Below are positions 29,822 through 40,318 of a stretch of DNA of 64,000 bases, in pieces. The translations under genes and the position numbers were made by a program. The notes under the pieces were generated by a model. The model was not told the DNA's origin. It saw only the letters and a list, made by a program, of their open reading frames with translations, and ran no database searches. The stretch is from contig CAYQEJ010000004.1 of assembly GCA_964416505.1 (NCBI GenBank), positions 59,331 through 123,330 on the forward strand. Direction: 5' to 3'. Every line of letters starts with the position of its first letter. The first letter of the stretch is position 1. This DNA is from an uncultured Gammaproteobacteria bacterium (GTDB taxonomy: Bacteria > Patescibacteriota > Microgenomatia > Levybacterales > UBA12049).

Positions 29822-30283
29822 TTAATTTATTGCTTCTATCGTGTAAATAATTTTCCCTGCTGGAGCTTCAACTTCTACCTTTTCGCCAACCTTTTTACCT
29901 AAAAGAGCTTTTCCCAAAGGAGATTCATGAGAGATTTTACTTTCTTTAGGATCCGCTTCCCATTCTCCTACTACTGTAAATGTTTCTTTTCCTGAATCTG
30001 TGTTTACTTTCACTGTTGAACCTAATTTTATAGTATTTGAATGATTATTGCTAATTATCGCAACTTGCTTTAAAAGCTCTTCAAGCTCATCAATTCTGCC
30101 ATCTATAAAGGATAATTCTTCACGAGCTACTGTATATTCTGCGTTTTCAGAGAGATCTCCCATGTTTCTGGCTTGAGAAACTCTTTCTAAAACTTCAGGT
30201 CTTTTAACTTTCGTGAGCTCTTCCAATTCTCTCTTTAGTTCGTCTAAACCTTCTTTTGTTAAATATATTTTTTTACTATCCAT
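29822..30283 (-). CDS. greA: Transcription elongation factor GreA. The start is taken at MDSKKIY.
   Basis: An N-terminal coiled coil (LTKEGLDELKRELEEL) precedes an FKBP-like C-terminal domain. Confidence 0.85.
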   Translation of the reverse strand: MDSKKIYLTKEGLDELKRELEELTKVKRPEVLERVSQARNMGDLSENAEYTVAREELSFIDGRIDELEELLKQVAIISNNHSNTIKLGSTVKVNTDSGKETFTVVGEWEADPKESKISHESPLGKALLGKKVGEKVEVEAPAGKIIYTIEAIN

Positions 30284-30390
30284 AATAAAAATCCCTCCAA
30301 AGAGCAGTTGGTGGGAAATAAGTTCTGGAAGATGATAAATCAAATCTAAATCAATGTCAATGTCCTAGAGTTAATGAAAAATATTAATTT

Positions 30391-31893
30391 TTACTTTTTA
30401 ACCGTTGGCTGAGGTTCAAGTTTTTGGAAAACGGAATTAAGTCCATCAATTATAGATCCTGAAGCACTATCTACGTTTTCATTTTGCAATATAGAATTTA
30501 TACTTTCCTGCAAAAGCTTATTTGATTCCAAATTAAGACTTGAGTCAAACGTTGAGTCCGCGAAAGGACTAGAAACAGCATTTAGGCCTTGATCAGAGAA
30601 AACTTTAATATCAGAATTTTTAAATTCAGCTATCAAACTTTTTCCAGCGGGAACTTTTCCTAAACCATTTTTCTTTACTTGCTGTTCATATATTTTTCTT
30701 TGAGTCTCCTCGCTTAATAAAAATTTCATAAACAACATCGATTCTTTTTGATGCAAACCTCTAGAAGAAACTCCATTTACCCAATAACTTGCTATGTTAG
30801 CTTTACTATCTTGCAATAACTGCGGAACGGGATAAACCCTGAAATCAAGATCTGAGTTTTTTGATTTAATTTCGACAAAGTCCCTATGATATCCAAAAAT
30901 CATTGCAACCTTACCCTGAGAAAAAGCTTCCATTGAAGGCTCCAGAGTAACATCCCAAACCGAATTTTCATTTAATGCAAAAGTGGTATAGAAAGTAAGC
31001 GCATCCGATATTTTTTCTACAAATTCATTTGGTTTTTTTATATTTACTCCATTTTGCGCAAACAATAGAGAAATTAAATCAGGTGCATTTTTTATATTGT
31101 CATAAGTCCCAATCGCAGCACCACCTATAACTATTTTTCCTGTTTCATCTCTTTTCGTTAAAACTTCACTTAAGTCAATAAATTCTTGCCATGTTTTCGG
31201 TGCAACTAATTGCCTGTTAAAACTTTTAGAAGCACTTTCAATAATAGCGGTATTTATGAAAAGCGCTAGAGTATCCATCTCTAACGGAATACCATAAATT
31301 GCACCATTTTTAATTAAGTCGTCTTCATTTACATTGTAAAATCTTTTAGTAAATTCTTCTTTGGAAATTGTCTCCTGCGTAAGGGGAGAAAGATTATTTT
31401 TAAATATTGGATACCATGTGTTATGGAACATGAATACATCTGGCCCATTACCGTTCTCAATTCTTGTTGTAAGCTTTTCTCTATAATCAATTATATCTTC
31501 TTGGGAATACGATACTTTTATATTCGGATTTTTTTTCTCAAAATCGGATATTACAGGATTTATTACCTCAGGGTCTTCATTAACCCCCCAGTAAGAAATA
31601 GTAACTTCTTCAGCTTTACCCCTGTTCCCTCGATTAATAATTGATGAAGCAATAAACACAACCGTTAAGATTAAGAAAATTAAAAATCCAATTTTTAAAA
31701 TTCCTCTTGGGGAAAATCTTGAATGTTTTTTTTCATTAACTACAGATTCATTTTGGGATTGAGGGATATTAGTGGGATTATTTTGAACGTCAGAAACCCC
31801 ATCCTGAAAGATTGTTCCTTCTGGCATACTTATATAGTATAATATCATGATCTTAGCCACAATGAAATCTTCCATAAAAAAGATAAACAGCAT
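30391..31893 (-). CDS. Extracellular solute-binding protein (ABC transporter family 1-like) with an N-terminal membrane anchor.
   Basis: A TM anchor is followed by ISYWGVNEDPEVINPVISDFEKKNPNIKV, typical of the SBP_bac_1 family. Confidence 0.5.
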   Translation of the reverse strand: MLFIFFMEDFIVAKIMILYYISMPEGTIFQDGVSDVQNNPTNIPQSQNESVVNEKKHSRFSPRGILKIGFLIFLILTVVFIASSIINRGNRGKAEEVTISYWGVNEDPEVINPVISDFEKKNPNIKVSYSQEDIIDYREKLTTRIENGNGPDVFMFHNTWYPIFKNNLSPLTQETISKEEFTKRFYNVNEDDLIKNGAIYGIPLEMDTLALFINTAIIESASKSFNRQLVAPKTWQEFIDLSEVLTKRDETGKIVIGGAAIGTYDNIKNAPDLISLLFAQNGVNIKKPNEFVEKISDALTFYTTFALNENSVWDVTLEPSMEAFSQGKVAMIFGYHRDFVEIKSKNSDLDFRVYPVPQLLQDSKANIASYWVNGVSSRGLHQKESMLFMKFLLSEETQRKIYEQQVKKNGLGKVPAGKSLIAEFKNSDIKVFSDQGLNAVSSPFADSTFDSSLNLESNKLLQESINSILQNENVDSASGSIIDGLNSVFQKLEPQPTVKK

Positions 31894-33295
31894 AAAAAAA
31901 GCTCACTTAAAATCAGCAAGCAAAACTGTCTTTTGGTTCTCGATGGGAGCCGTAATGGCTCTATTTTTAATTTCTAGTTTTTCCTACATAGGATTTCAAA
32001 AATACTATAAAAATAAAATTTATCCAGGAATAACAATCGATAATGTTAATTTTGGTAGCAAATCAAAAGAACAAGTTGTAAAGCACATTCAAGAAAAAAA
32101 TGATAAAGCCTCAAATGGTGTTTTTGTTTTTAAATTTGATGACGAAATCGCAACAGTTTCTGCAAAAGAAATTGATTTTGGATACGATGAAAACCTACTA
32201 GCTGAACAGGCTATCAGCATTGGCCGCTCAAAAGACCCAATTACAAATTTAAGTTTAATTTTTCAGGCATATACAATTGGGATAAATCTTTCCCCTGCAT
32301 ACAGATATTCAAGTGAAAAACTAGATAAAAAGCTTGAACCACTTATTGAAAACATAAATACAAAACCAGTCGAGGCGGTATTTACATTTGAAAATGGGAG
32401 AGTAACAGAATTTAAAGCTTCATCCGATGGCCGAGAAGTAAATAAAGAAGAATTGAATAATAAACTACTTTCGCAAGCTAAAGCAGTCTTAGGAAATTCT
32501 CTTCAAAAAGTGGTGATTATCCAAATTCCAATAAAAATTTTAAAACCAAATCTCACGACAGACAAAGTAAATCAGATGGGAATAAGAGAACTTATCGGAA
32601 CAGGTACATCTTTATATCAACACTCAATTGACAGTAGAATTTATAATGTTGCACTTGCTGCGTCTAGAGTAAATGGAGTGCTTGTCGCCCCAGGTGAAAT
32701 ATTTTCTTTTGCAAAAGCTGTAGGAGATGTCTCTTCGCTTACAGGATACAAACAAGCATATGTTATATCCGGGGGAAAAACGGTTTTAGGAGACGGGGGA
32801 GGAGTTTGTCAGGTATCAACTACACTTTTTAGAGCTGCTCTAAATGCAGGTCTTCCCATAGTCGAGAGACATCCACATGCATACAGAGTTGGTTACTATG
32901 AACAGGATTCTCCACCAGGAATTGATGCAACAGTTTATGTACCAAGCGTTGATTTTAAATTCAAAAATGACACTGGTCATCATATACTAATCCAAACAAT
33001 AGTTGATCCCGTAGAACTTAGGTTAACTTTTATGTTTTATGGAACTAGTGATGGAAGAATTTCTGAAGTATCTAGTCCAGTAATAACCAATCAGGTTCCT
33101 GCTCCTGAAGCAAAATATGAAGATGATCCTTCTTTACCCAAGGGTCAAATAAAACAAGTGGATTTTGCTGCTCCCGGCGCGAAGTCAACTTTTTCCAGAA
33201 TCGTAAAAAGAGATGGAAAAATTATCTCCGAAGATACATTTGTTTCAAACTATAGACCATGGCAGGCAGTATTCTTAAGAGGCACAAAAGAATAG
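31847..33295 (+). CDS. VanW-like protein with an N-terminal TM.
   Basis: GGGVCQVSTTLFRAALNAGLPIVER resembles the VanW core. A TM anchor is present. Confidence 0.55.
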   Translation: MILATMKSSIKKINSIKKAHLKSASKTVFWFSMGAVMALFLISSFSYIGFQKYYKNKIYPGITIDNVNFGSKSKEQVVKHIQEKNDKASNGVFVFKFDDEIATVSAKEIDFGYDENLLAEQAISIGRSKDPITNLSLIFQAYTIGINLSPAYRYSSEKLDKKLEPLIENINTKPVEAVFTFENGRVTEFKASSDGREVNKEELNNKLLSQAKAVLGNSLQKVVIIQIPIKILKPNLTTDKVNQMGIRELIGTGTSLYQHSIDSRIYNVALAASRVNGVLVAPGEIFSFAKAVGDVSSLTGYKQAYVISGGKTVLGDGGGVCQVSTTLFRAALNAGLPIVERHPHAYRVGYYEQDSPPGIDATVYVPSVDFKFKNDTGHHILIQTIVDPVELRLTFMFYGTSDGRISEVSSPVITNQVPAPEAKYEDDPSLPKGQIKQVDFAAPGAKSTFSRIVKRDGKIISEDTFVSNYRPWQAVFLRGTKE

Positions 33296-33771
33296 TGGGA
33301 AAAATTCTAGAAACTGAAAATATTTCTTCTGAAATAAGTATACTTAAAAAACAAAATAAAAAAATTGTTTTAGTAGGAGGCTGTTTTGACATTCTTCATC
33401 TTGGACATTTACTTTTTCTTGAGGCAGCAAAAAAAGAAGGAAACATACTCATAGTTCTTCTTGAAAGCGATGAAAATATTAAAAAACGAAAAGGAAATAA
33501 TAGACCAATAAATAATGCGCACAGCAGGCAAATAATAGTTAGTTCTATAAAGAGCGTTGATTACGTTATTCCCTTAAAAGGCGTGACATCAGATTTAGAA
33601 TATGATAGACTAATGTCTCAAATTAAGCCTGACGTTGTTGCAATAACAGAAGGAGATTCGCAAACCGAAAAAAGAAAAATTCAATGCGAAGAAACTGGAA
33701 CAAAACTAAAAACTGTAATTAAATTGATTGATAATAATTCAACTACTGCTCTTATCAATAAAATAAAATAA
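33259..33771 (+). CDS. Cytidylyltransferase-family nucleotidyltransferase (RfaE domain II / RibL / TagD-like).
   Basis: GGCFDILHLGHLLFLEAAKKEG...KG.NRP (HxGH plus the downstream KG/RP motif). Confidence 0.65.
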   Translation: MAGSILKRHKRIVGKILETENISSEISILKKQNKKIVLVGGCFDILHLGHLLFLEAAKKEGNILIVLLESDENIKKRKGNNRPINNAHSRQIIVSSIKSVDYVIPLKGVTSDLEYDRLMSQIKPDVVAITEGDSQTEKRKIQCEETGTKLKTVIKLIDNNSTTALINKIK

Positions 33772-34244
33772 TGGAAAGCTTATCAAAATTTCTAAAAGAA
33801 AACATTCGACTTTTATTAGGTGCAATTGTAGTTATATTTCTCGCATTATTAATAATCAGTTATGTTTTAAGTAGACAAACCACAAAAGTCACTGTTGGGA
33901 CAACCACTTTCAATGCAAAAATCGCCGACAGTGAAAAAGAAAGAGAAATAGGTCTTTCAAAAACTAATAAACTCACAGACAAAGAGGGCATGCTTTTCTT
34001 ATTTGAAAATTCTTCAAAATATTCTTTTTGGATGAAAGACATGAAATTTCCAATAGATATTATTTTTATTAGAAATGGAAAAGTTGTAGATGTAGTAAAA
34101 AACGCAAAACCAGTTAACGCAAACTCTCCTTTAGATATTTACCAACCAGAAGAAGAAGCTGATAAGGTTCTGGAAATTAATGCTGGACTAAGTGATAAAT
34201 TAAATATCGTAAAAGGTACAATTATTAAAATAGAAAACCTCTAA
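33771..34244 (+). CDS. DUF192 family protein.
   Basis: An N-terminal TM is followed by GLS..EGMLFLF..PIDIIFI, typical of DUF192. Confidence 0.5.
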   Translation: MESLSKFLKENIRLLLGAIVVIFLALLIISYVLSRQTTKVTVGTTTFNAKIADSEKEREIGLSKTNKLTDKEGMLFLFENSSKYSFWMKDMKFPIDIIFIRNGKVVDVVKNAKPVNANSPLDIYQPEEEADKVLEINAGLSDKLNIVKGTIIKIENL

Positions 34245-34247
34245 CTT

Positions 34248-35273
34248 ATGCTAATTCTAGGCATCGAAAGTAGTTGCGATGAAACAGGCGCAGCAATAAT
34301 TAAAGGAAAAACCAAGGCAGAAAAAGTTGAACTTTTATCAAATACTGTTGCTTCTTCATTGGTTATGCATTCGAAAACAGGTGGAATAATTCCAGAAAAC
34401 GCAGCAAGAGAACAAGTAAAGTACATAATTCCTGTTGTCAAAGAAGCGCTTGATCAAGCAAAACTTAATATTACAGATTTAGATGCAATATCTGTAACAT
34501 ATGGTCCGGGCTTAATTGGATCACTTCTGATTGGTGTTGAGACTGCAAAAGCAATTTCCTATGCAACAGGAATCCCGATTATTCCAGCAAATCATCTTTA
34601 TGGACACATTTATGCGAATTGGATCTCCCAGAAAACAAATGAACAGATTGAATTTCCTGCAATAGGTCTAATTGTTTCAGGGGGACACACTGACCTTATT
34701 CTTATAAAAAATCATGGAGATATTACTTGGCTTGGAGGAACTAGAGACGATGCAGCAGGAGAAGCATTAGATAAAATTGGAAGACTTTTAAATATTCCCT
34801 ATCCTGGTGGACCTCATATAGAAACATTTGCAAAACTAGGTGATCCGAAAAAATTTAATTTTCCAAGACCATTGATCGGATCAAAAGATTATGATTTCAG
34901 TTTTAGCGGATTAAAGACTGCTGTGCTTAGAGAGGTAAGTTCTATAAAAAGCATAAATGAACAAACAAAAAATGATTTATGCGCCAGTGTTCAGAAAGTA
35001 ATTATTGAAATTTTAGTAAAAAAAACTCTAAACGCAGCTAGGGAATTTGGCGCCAAAAAAATACTCATTGGTGGAGGAGTTGCAGCCAATTCAAAACTTA
35101 GAGAAGAACTTGAAAACTCAATATCAGGTTCTAATTTAAATAGTAAGCTAATTGCCCCTCCAAAATATCTTTGCACTGATAATGGTGCAATGATTGCGGC
35201 AACTGCTTTTTATAACGATCAAAAAAAAGAATGGCGGGAAATCGACGCCAATCCTAATTTATACTTTGACTAA
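34248..35273 (+). CDS. tsaD: tRNA N6-adenosine threonylcarbamoyltransferase TsaD.
   Basis: MLILGIESSCDETGAAII... and HxxGH metal-site motifs are present. Confidence 0.9.
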   Translation: MLILGIESSCDETGAAIIKGKTKAEKVELLSNTVASSLVMHSKTGGIIPENAAREQVKYIIPVVKEALDQAKLNITDLDAISVTYGPGLIGSLLIGVETAKAISYATGIPIIPANHLYGHIYANWISQKTNEQIEFPAIGLIVSGGHTDLILIKNHGDITWLGGTRDDAAGEALDKIGRLLNIPYPGGPHIETFAKLGDPKKFNFPRPLIGSKDYDFSFSGLKTAVLREVSSIKSINEQTKNDLCASVQKVIIEILVKKTLNAAREFGAKKILIGGGVAANSKLREELENSISGSNLNSKLIAPPKYLCTDNGAMIAATAFYNDQKKEWREIDANPNLYFD

Positions 35274-35292
35274 TGTGGTAAAATATTGATCC

Positions 35293-36312
35293 ATGCAAAT
35301 AGACCTGCTCATAATAATTGCAACTCTTCTAATAGGATTCTTCTCTTTGTACTTTCTTTTGAATAAAAAAAATAAAAATAATCCTGAATCCAACGATGCT
35401 TTAGTGGAATGGCTTAAAAGCATGCAAACTTCCCTTGATGAAACTAATAAAAGCCTCAATCAGTCTATGAGAAACTCCTCTTTAGAAATGACAAGAACTC
35501 TTCAAGAAAATAATAAACAAATTAATGACAGACTAACTAAAGCAGCTGAGGTTATCAGAGATGTATCAAAAGAAGTAGGACAAATGTCGGAGATAGGAAG
35601 AAGCATGCGAGAACTTCAGGATTTCCTAAAAAGCCCAAAGCTTAGAGGAAATATCGGAGAAGAAGTATTAAAAGATTTAATTTCCCAAACGTTTCCTAAA
35701 AACAGTTTTAATCTCCAATACCAGTTTCGCTCTGGTGAAAAAGTTGATGCTGCAATAAAAACAGATGCAGGGATTCTACCAATCGACTCTAAATTTCCCA
35801 TGGAAAATTTCCAAAAAATGAATAAAAGTGAATCTCAAACAGAAAAAGAATCTTATAAAAAAGAGTTCGTTAGAGATGTTAAAAAACATATCGATGCCAT
35901 TTCGAAGAAATATATTCTACCCGATGAAGGAACTATGGATTTCTGTCTTATGTATATACCTTCAGAACCAGTCTATTATGAAGTTGCAAATAATCCTGAA
36001 CTTCTAGACTACGCTAGAAAAATGAGAGTCTATGCAGTATCACCCACAACTCTTTATGCTCATCTCCAGGTTATTCTTCTATCATTCGAGGGAAAGAAAA
36101 TTGAATCAAAATCTCGTGAAGTATTCGCACTACTTAGAGGATTAAAAGTAGATTACGATAAGGTAAATGAAAATTTAGGAGTATTAGGAAAGCATATTGG
36201 AAACTCATCGGCTCAATTCAATAATTTATTATCTTCTTTTCAAAAAATTGGGAAAAAACTTGATAGCACAAGAAATTTAGAACCTGAAGAACAAAATACA
36301 TTACCAAGTTAA
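35293..36312 (+). CDS. rmuC: DNA recombination protein RmuC-like.
   Basis: An N-terminal TM, a central coiled coil and a conserved C-terminal region (YVSPTTLYA) fit RmuC. Confidence 0.5.
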   Translation: MQIDLLIIIATLLIGFFSLYFLLNKKNKNNPESNDALVEWLKSMQTSLDETNKSLNQSMRNSSLEMTRTLQENNKQINDRLTKAAEVIRDVSKEVGQMSEIGRSMRELQDFLKSPKLRGNIGEEVLKDLISQTFPKNSFNLQYQFRSGEKVDAAIKTDAGILPIDSKFPMENFQKMNKSESQTEKESYKKEFVRDVKKHIDAISKKYILPDEGTMDFCLMYIPSEPVYYEVANNPELLDYARKMRVYAVSPTTLYAHLQVILLSFEGKKIESKSREVFALLRGLKVDYDKVNENLGVLGKHIGNSSAQFNNLLSSFQKIGKKLDSTRNLEPEEQNTLPS

Positions 36313-37019
36313 TACCCTGGGAAATTTTCTTTAAATATTTTTTCCTCTTTTATCCCAATACTTTTAATAATCTCATATACTCCATATTCAAAATCTTCAG
36401 AACCAACTATATAATACTTCGCTTTTTTATAATTTTTAGAATACCCCTGGATTAATTCCTCTGATATTCTTTCATTTTCAAAATTTTTTATTTTTTCTTT
36501 TGTAACATTAAAAATAATTTTTAAGTTTTCATTTCTTGACTCAATCTCCTTTAACTCATCATAAAAAATAACATCATTTTTTTTTGAAAAAGAAGCGATT
36601 AATTTAATTTTGGTATTAATTTTTTCTTGATCTATAAATTTTATGATTGAATGAAAAGGAGTAATTCCCATGCCACCAGACAGAAAAATTTGCTCCTCTC
36701 TATTTTTTGGATCAAAATTAAAATATCCCATTGGACCAAACGCGTTTACATTATCTCCTGATTTTAAGTTTTTTAAATATTTCTTAAAACTGCTTTTTCC
36801 GATTCTAGTAGTAATTGCTATAAATTTATCCAATGGACTTGATGAAATAGTAAAATATCTTGATGTTCCTTTTTCATCAGGATTAGGAATAGGCAAATTA
36901 AGTCTTATATACTGTCCTGGTAAAAAATCTACTTTTTTATCAAAATAAAATATAAAAATATTTTTATTTAATTCATCTTTTTTTTGAAACTCAAGAATAA
37001 TTTTTTCTGCTTTTTTCAT
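36309..37019 (-). CDS. FAD/NAD(P)-binding oxidoreductase (ferredoxin-NADP reductase (FNR)-like flavin reductase domain).
   Basis: RYFTISSSP (an RxYS FAD motif) and LSGGMGITP (an NAD(P) motif) are present. Confidence 0.6.
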   Translation of the reverse strand: MKKAEKIILEFQKKDELNKNIFIFYFDKKVDFLPGQYIRLNLPIPNPDEKGTSRYFTISSSPLDKFIAITTRIGKSSFKKYLKNLKSGDNVNAFGPMGYFNFDPKNREEQIFLSGGMGITPFHSIIKFIDQEKINTKIKLIASFSKKNDVIFYDELKEIESRNENLKIIFNVTKEKIKNFENERISEELIQGYSKNYKKAKYYIVGSEDFEYGVYEIIKSIGIKEEKIFKENFPGY

Positions 37020-37048
37020 TTTGATTCGTTTGATTATAACAGCTACTT

Positions 37049-39949
37049 ATGATAGAGTTAATACCACTCCAAACTCATCAAATGGCAGAAAAAAAACTTA
37101 ACCCAGAACAACTTAGCGCGGTAGAACACGGAAAAGGTCCGCTTTTAATCATTGCAGGAGCAGGCACTGGAAAGACAACTGTTATTACTGAAAGAATTAG
37201 ACATCTAATAATTGACGAAAAAAATCCCCCACACTCTCTACTAGCTTTAACATTTACGGAAAAGGCTGCATACGAAATGCAGGATCGAATTGATAAGCTG
37301 CTTCCATATGGCTACACAAATTTATGGATCTACACTTTCCACTCTTTTTGCGACAGAATACTTCGAGATGAAGCACATAGCATAGGACTTGATCCAAGTT
37401 ATAAACTAATTTCTGAATCAGAGTCGGTGTTCCTAATGAGACAGAATATTTTTGAGCTCGGTTTGAAAAAATTCAGACCTCTAGGAAATCCCACTAAATT
37501 TCTAGAAGCACTCTTAACACATTTTTCTAGATTAAAAGATGAAGATATTACCCCGGTAGAATATTTAGAATGGGCAAATAAAAATAAAGATATCGAAGAG
37601 AAGGAACAATACCTAGAACTCGCTAATGCATATAAAAATTATGAAGAAATAAAAATCAAGAGCTCCGTAATGGATTTTTCTGACTTAATTTCCAATACAT
37701 TAAAGTTATTTAGAGAAAGAAAAAATATTCTTAAAAGATATCAGGATCAATTTAAATTTGTTTTAGTTGATGAGTTCCAGGATACTAACTATGCCCAAAA
37801 TGAATTATCAATTCTCTTAGCTGGAGAGAACAAAAATCTTACTGTAGTTGCTGATGATGATCAATCAATTTACAGATTCAGAGGCGCTGCAGTTTCCAAT
37901 GTTCTTCAATTTAAAAATAATTTTCCACAAGCAAAAATTATTACCTTAAACAAAAACTACAGATCTACCCAAATAATTCTTGATGCATCATATTCCTTAA
38001 TTCAAAATAATAATCCTAATAGATTAGAGGTCGTTGAAAATATAAATAAAAAACTTATTTCTGAAACCAAAAATCCAGATATTGAAATCGAAATGATTTA
38101 TGAACAAAGATCCGAAGATGAAGCGGATGAAATTTCTAAAAAAATTAATGAACTATCTAAAAAATATGATTATAAAGATATTGCAATTCTGGTTCGAGCA
38201 AATAATCATTCGCAACTTATTACATCTTCTTTAGCAAGAAGAAAAATTCCATATCAATTTTTAGGACCTGGGTATTTATTTCAACAGGAAGAAATAAAAG
38301 ATTTAATTGCATACATTACTTTTTTGACTAATCTCTCTGACACAATTTCTCTTTTCAGAGTTTTATCTATGGACATTTTTAAAATTCCTTATCTCGAACT
38401 TAATTATTTACTAAACTTTGCAAAGAAGAAAAACTTAACACTTTTCGAAGCACTTGAAACCCCGGATCAGTCTTTCCTAAAAGAAAATACTAAGGAGAAA
38501 CTTATAGATTTTCGAAAAATGGTTTTGAGTCACTTAGAAAAAAGTAAAAAAGAACAAGCTGGACAAGTACTTTATGATTTCTTAGTTGACTCCGGATTAT
38601 ATGAAACATTTAATGAAACAAAATCCACTAAAGATGAAAAAAGAATACAGAATGTGGCAAAATTCTTTGATAGAATTAAAAACTTTGAAATGGAAAGGGC
38701 TGACGCAAATATATTTATATTAGCTGAGTGGCTCAATCTCATGCTTCAAATGGGAGATAGTCCTACAGCCGCAGATGTTGATTTAAGAGATAGAAATGCA
38801 GTAAATATCTTAACAGTACATTCCTCAAAAGGACTCGAATTTAAAATAGTTTTCTTAGTGAATCTTGTTTCAGATAGATTCCCATCTCGCGAAAGATCAG
38901 AAAAAATTCCTCTACCTGTAGAGATACTTAAGGAAAAATTAGCAGACGGAACTGATTTCCATCTAGAAGAAGAGCGAAGATTATTCTATGTAGGAATGAC
39001 AAGAGCACGGGAAAGATTATATTTTACAGCGGCAGATTTCTATGGAACCGGAAAGAGAGTAAAAAAAATTTCTCCATTTATCTATGAGGCTTTGCCAAAA
39101 TTAAAAAAAGATCAAGAAATAAAGAAAAGCGTAAAACAATTGTCCTTACCAGAAGTTCTTTCTTCATATGAGGACTTAAAAGAAGTTGAAGAAAAAAAGA
39201 TAGATTATAAAGTAAACTATATTACCTTTTCAAACCTACAGATGTTTGATATTTGTCCGTTGCATTATAAGGCAAAGGTAATCTTTAATATTCCAAGCCC
39301 TGCAACTTCGGCTCAGAGTTTTGGAATTTCCATGCATGCAACACTTCAGAATTTCTACAAACTCGCACAAGAAAGAAATACTTACCCATCTGAAAAAGAA
39401 CTGCTAAAAATTCTCCAAGAAGAATGGGAAAGTGAGGGATATGTAAACAAAAAGCATGAGGAAGAAAGATTCGCCCAGGCAAAAGAAGTCTTAAAAAAGT
39501 TCTATTCCACGGAATGCCAAAAAATCAATATACCCTTAAAACTTGAATATCCTTTTAACTTTAATTTAAAAAATGGAATTAAGGTTTTTGGGAAAATAGA
39601 TAGAATTGATTCCAAAGGAAACGGAATAGAAATTATTGACTATAAAACTGGTGAAGATAATCCAAAAGCAGAAGAAGCACACAAACTACAGCTTGCAATT
39701 TACGCCCTAGCAGCAAGTAGAGTTAGAGACGAAGTATTGAATAAGAATGCAGAAAATATAACCCTAACTCTTCATTTCCTAGACGGAAATACTAAAAAGT
39801 CAATGAATTTTAATACTAAAGATTTAGAGGAACTTGAGAACAATCTATTAGAAAAAATAAAAGATATAGAAAAAAGTGAATTTAATTGCTCGGGAAGTGT
39901 ACTTTGCGTCAACTGTGAATATAAACTTCTTTGTAATACTATAAGCTGA
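37049..39949 (+). CDS. UvrD/PcrA-family ATP-dependent DNA helicase fused to a C-terminal PD-(D/E)xK nuclease with a 4-Cys cluster (AddA/AddB- or Cas4-like nuclease module).
   Basis: Walker A AGAGTGKTT, a UvrD motif Ia/II (VDEFQDTN) and motif VI (YVGMTRAR) are present. In the C-terminus, EIIDYKTGE is a nuclease motif III, and the Cys pattern is C...CSGSVLCVNCEYKLLC. Confidence 0.8.
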   Translation: MIELIPLQTHQMAEKKLNPEQLSAVEHGKGPLLIIAGAGTGKTTVITERIRHLIIDEKNPPHSLLALTFTEKAAYEMQDRIDKLLPYGYTNLWIYTFHSFCDRILRDEAHSIGLDPSYKLISESESVFLMRQNIFELGLKKFRPLGNPTKFLEALLTHFSRLKDEDITPVEYLEWANKNKDIEEKEQYLELANAYKNYEEIKIKSSVMDFSDLISNTLKLFRERKNILKRYQDQFKFVLVDEFQDTNYAQNELSILLAGENKNLTVVADDDQSIYRFRGAAVSNVLQFKNNFPQAKIITLNKNYRSTQIILDASYSLIQNNNPNRLEVVENINKKLISETKNPDIEIEMIYEQRSEDEADEISKKINELSKKYDYKDIAILVRANNHSQLITSSLARRKIPYQFLGPGYLFQQEEIKDLIAYITFLTNLSDTISLFRVLSMDIFKIPYLELNYLLNFAKKKNLTLFEALETPDQSFLKENTKEKLIDFRKMVLSHLEKSKKEQAGQVLYDFLVDSGLYETFNETKSTKDEKRIQNVAKFFDRIKNFEMERADANIFILAEWLNLMLQMGDSPTAADVDLRDRNAVNILTVHSSKGLEFKIVFLVNLVSDRFPSRERSEKIPLPVEILKEKLADGTDFHLEEERRLFYVGMTRARERLYFTAADFYGTGKRVKKISPFIYEALPKLKKDQEIKKSVKQLSLPEVLSSYEDLKEVEEKKIDYKVNYITFSNLQMFDICPLHYKAKVIFNIPSPATSAQSFGISMHATLQNFYKLAQERNTYPSEKELLKILQEEWESEGYVNKKHEEERFAQAKEVLKKFYSTECQKINIPLKLEYPFNFNLKNGIKVFGKIDRIDSKGNGIEIIDYKTGEDNPKAEEAHKLQLAIYALAASRVRDEVLNKNAENITLTLHFLDGNTKKSMNFNTKDLEELENNLLEKIKDIEKSEFNCSGSVLCVNCEYKLLCNTIS

Positions 39950-39951
39950 TA

Positions 39952-39960
39952 TGGTATAAT
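39952..39960 (+). promoter_or_regulatory. Extended -10 promoter element TGgTATAAT upstream of rnpB.
   Basis: A perfect TGnTATAAT lies about 4-5 nt upstream of the predicted P1 5' strand of RNase P RNA. Confidence 0.45.
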
Positions 39961-39962
39961 AC

Positions 39963-40318
39963 TGATGCCGGGAAGAAGATCTGCTAGTCCGATACATTAG
40001 GACAGGAAAGTCCAGACAGATCTTAAAACAGGGATGGAGCATAAGCTCTGACTAGTGATAGCTGGTGACTAAATTCTTAGACTACTAAACGGAATTAAGT
40101 ACAGGTTTTGAATTGACAAAACTTGAGAGCAACAGAGACGAGTAGTTATGAAACGGGCAATCCTACCTGCTGCAACCCATGACCAATGCGTTTGAGCTTT
40201 TTTAAGGCGAGCATTAAAAATGGGGCATCCTGATAACATCAGGACAGGTGACTAAACATCACAATGAGAAAGATTGCAGATTAAAACAGAATCTGGCTTA
40301 CTACCTTCCCGGCATTAT
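39963..40318 (+). ncRNA. rnpB: RNase P RNA (bacterial type A-like).
   Basis: The P1 helix pairs atgccgggaag (39965-39975) with cttcccggcat (40305-40315). A conserved GGAAAGUCCaGaC lies near the 5' end and ACAGAAuCuGGCUUAcuACC near the 3' end. The region is non-coding. Confidence 0.8.
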
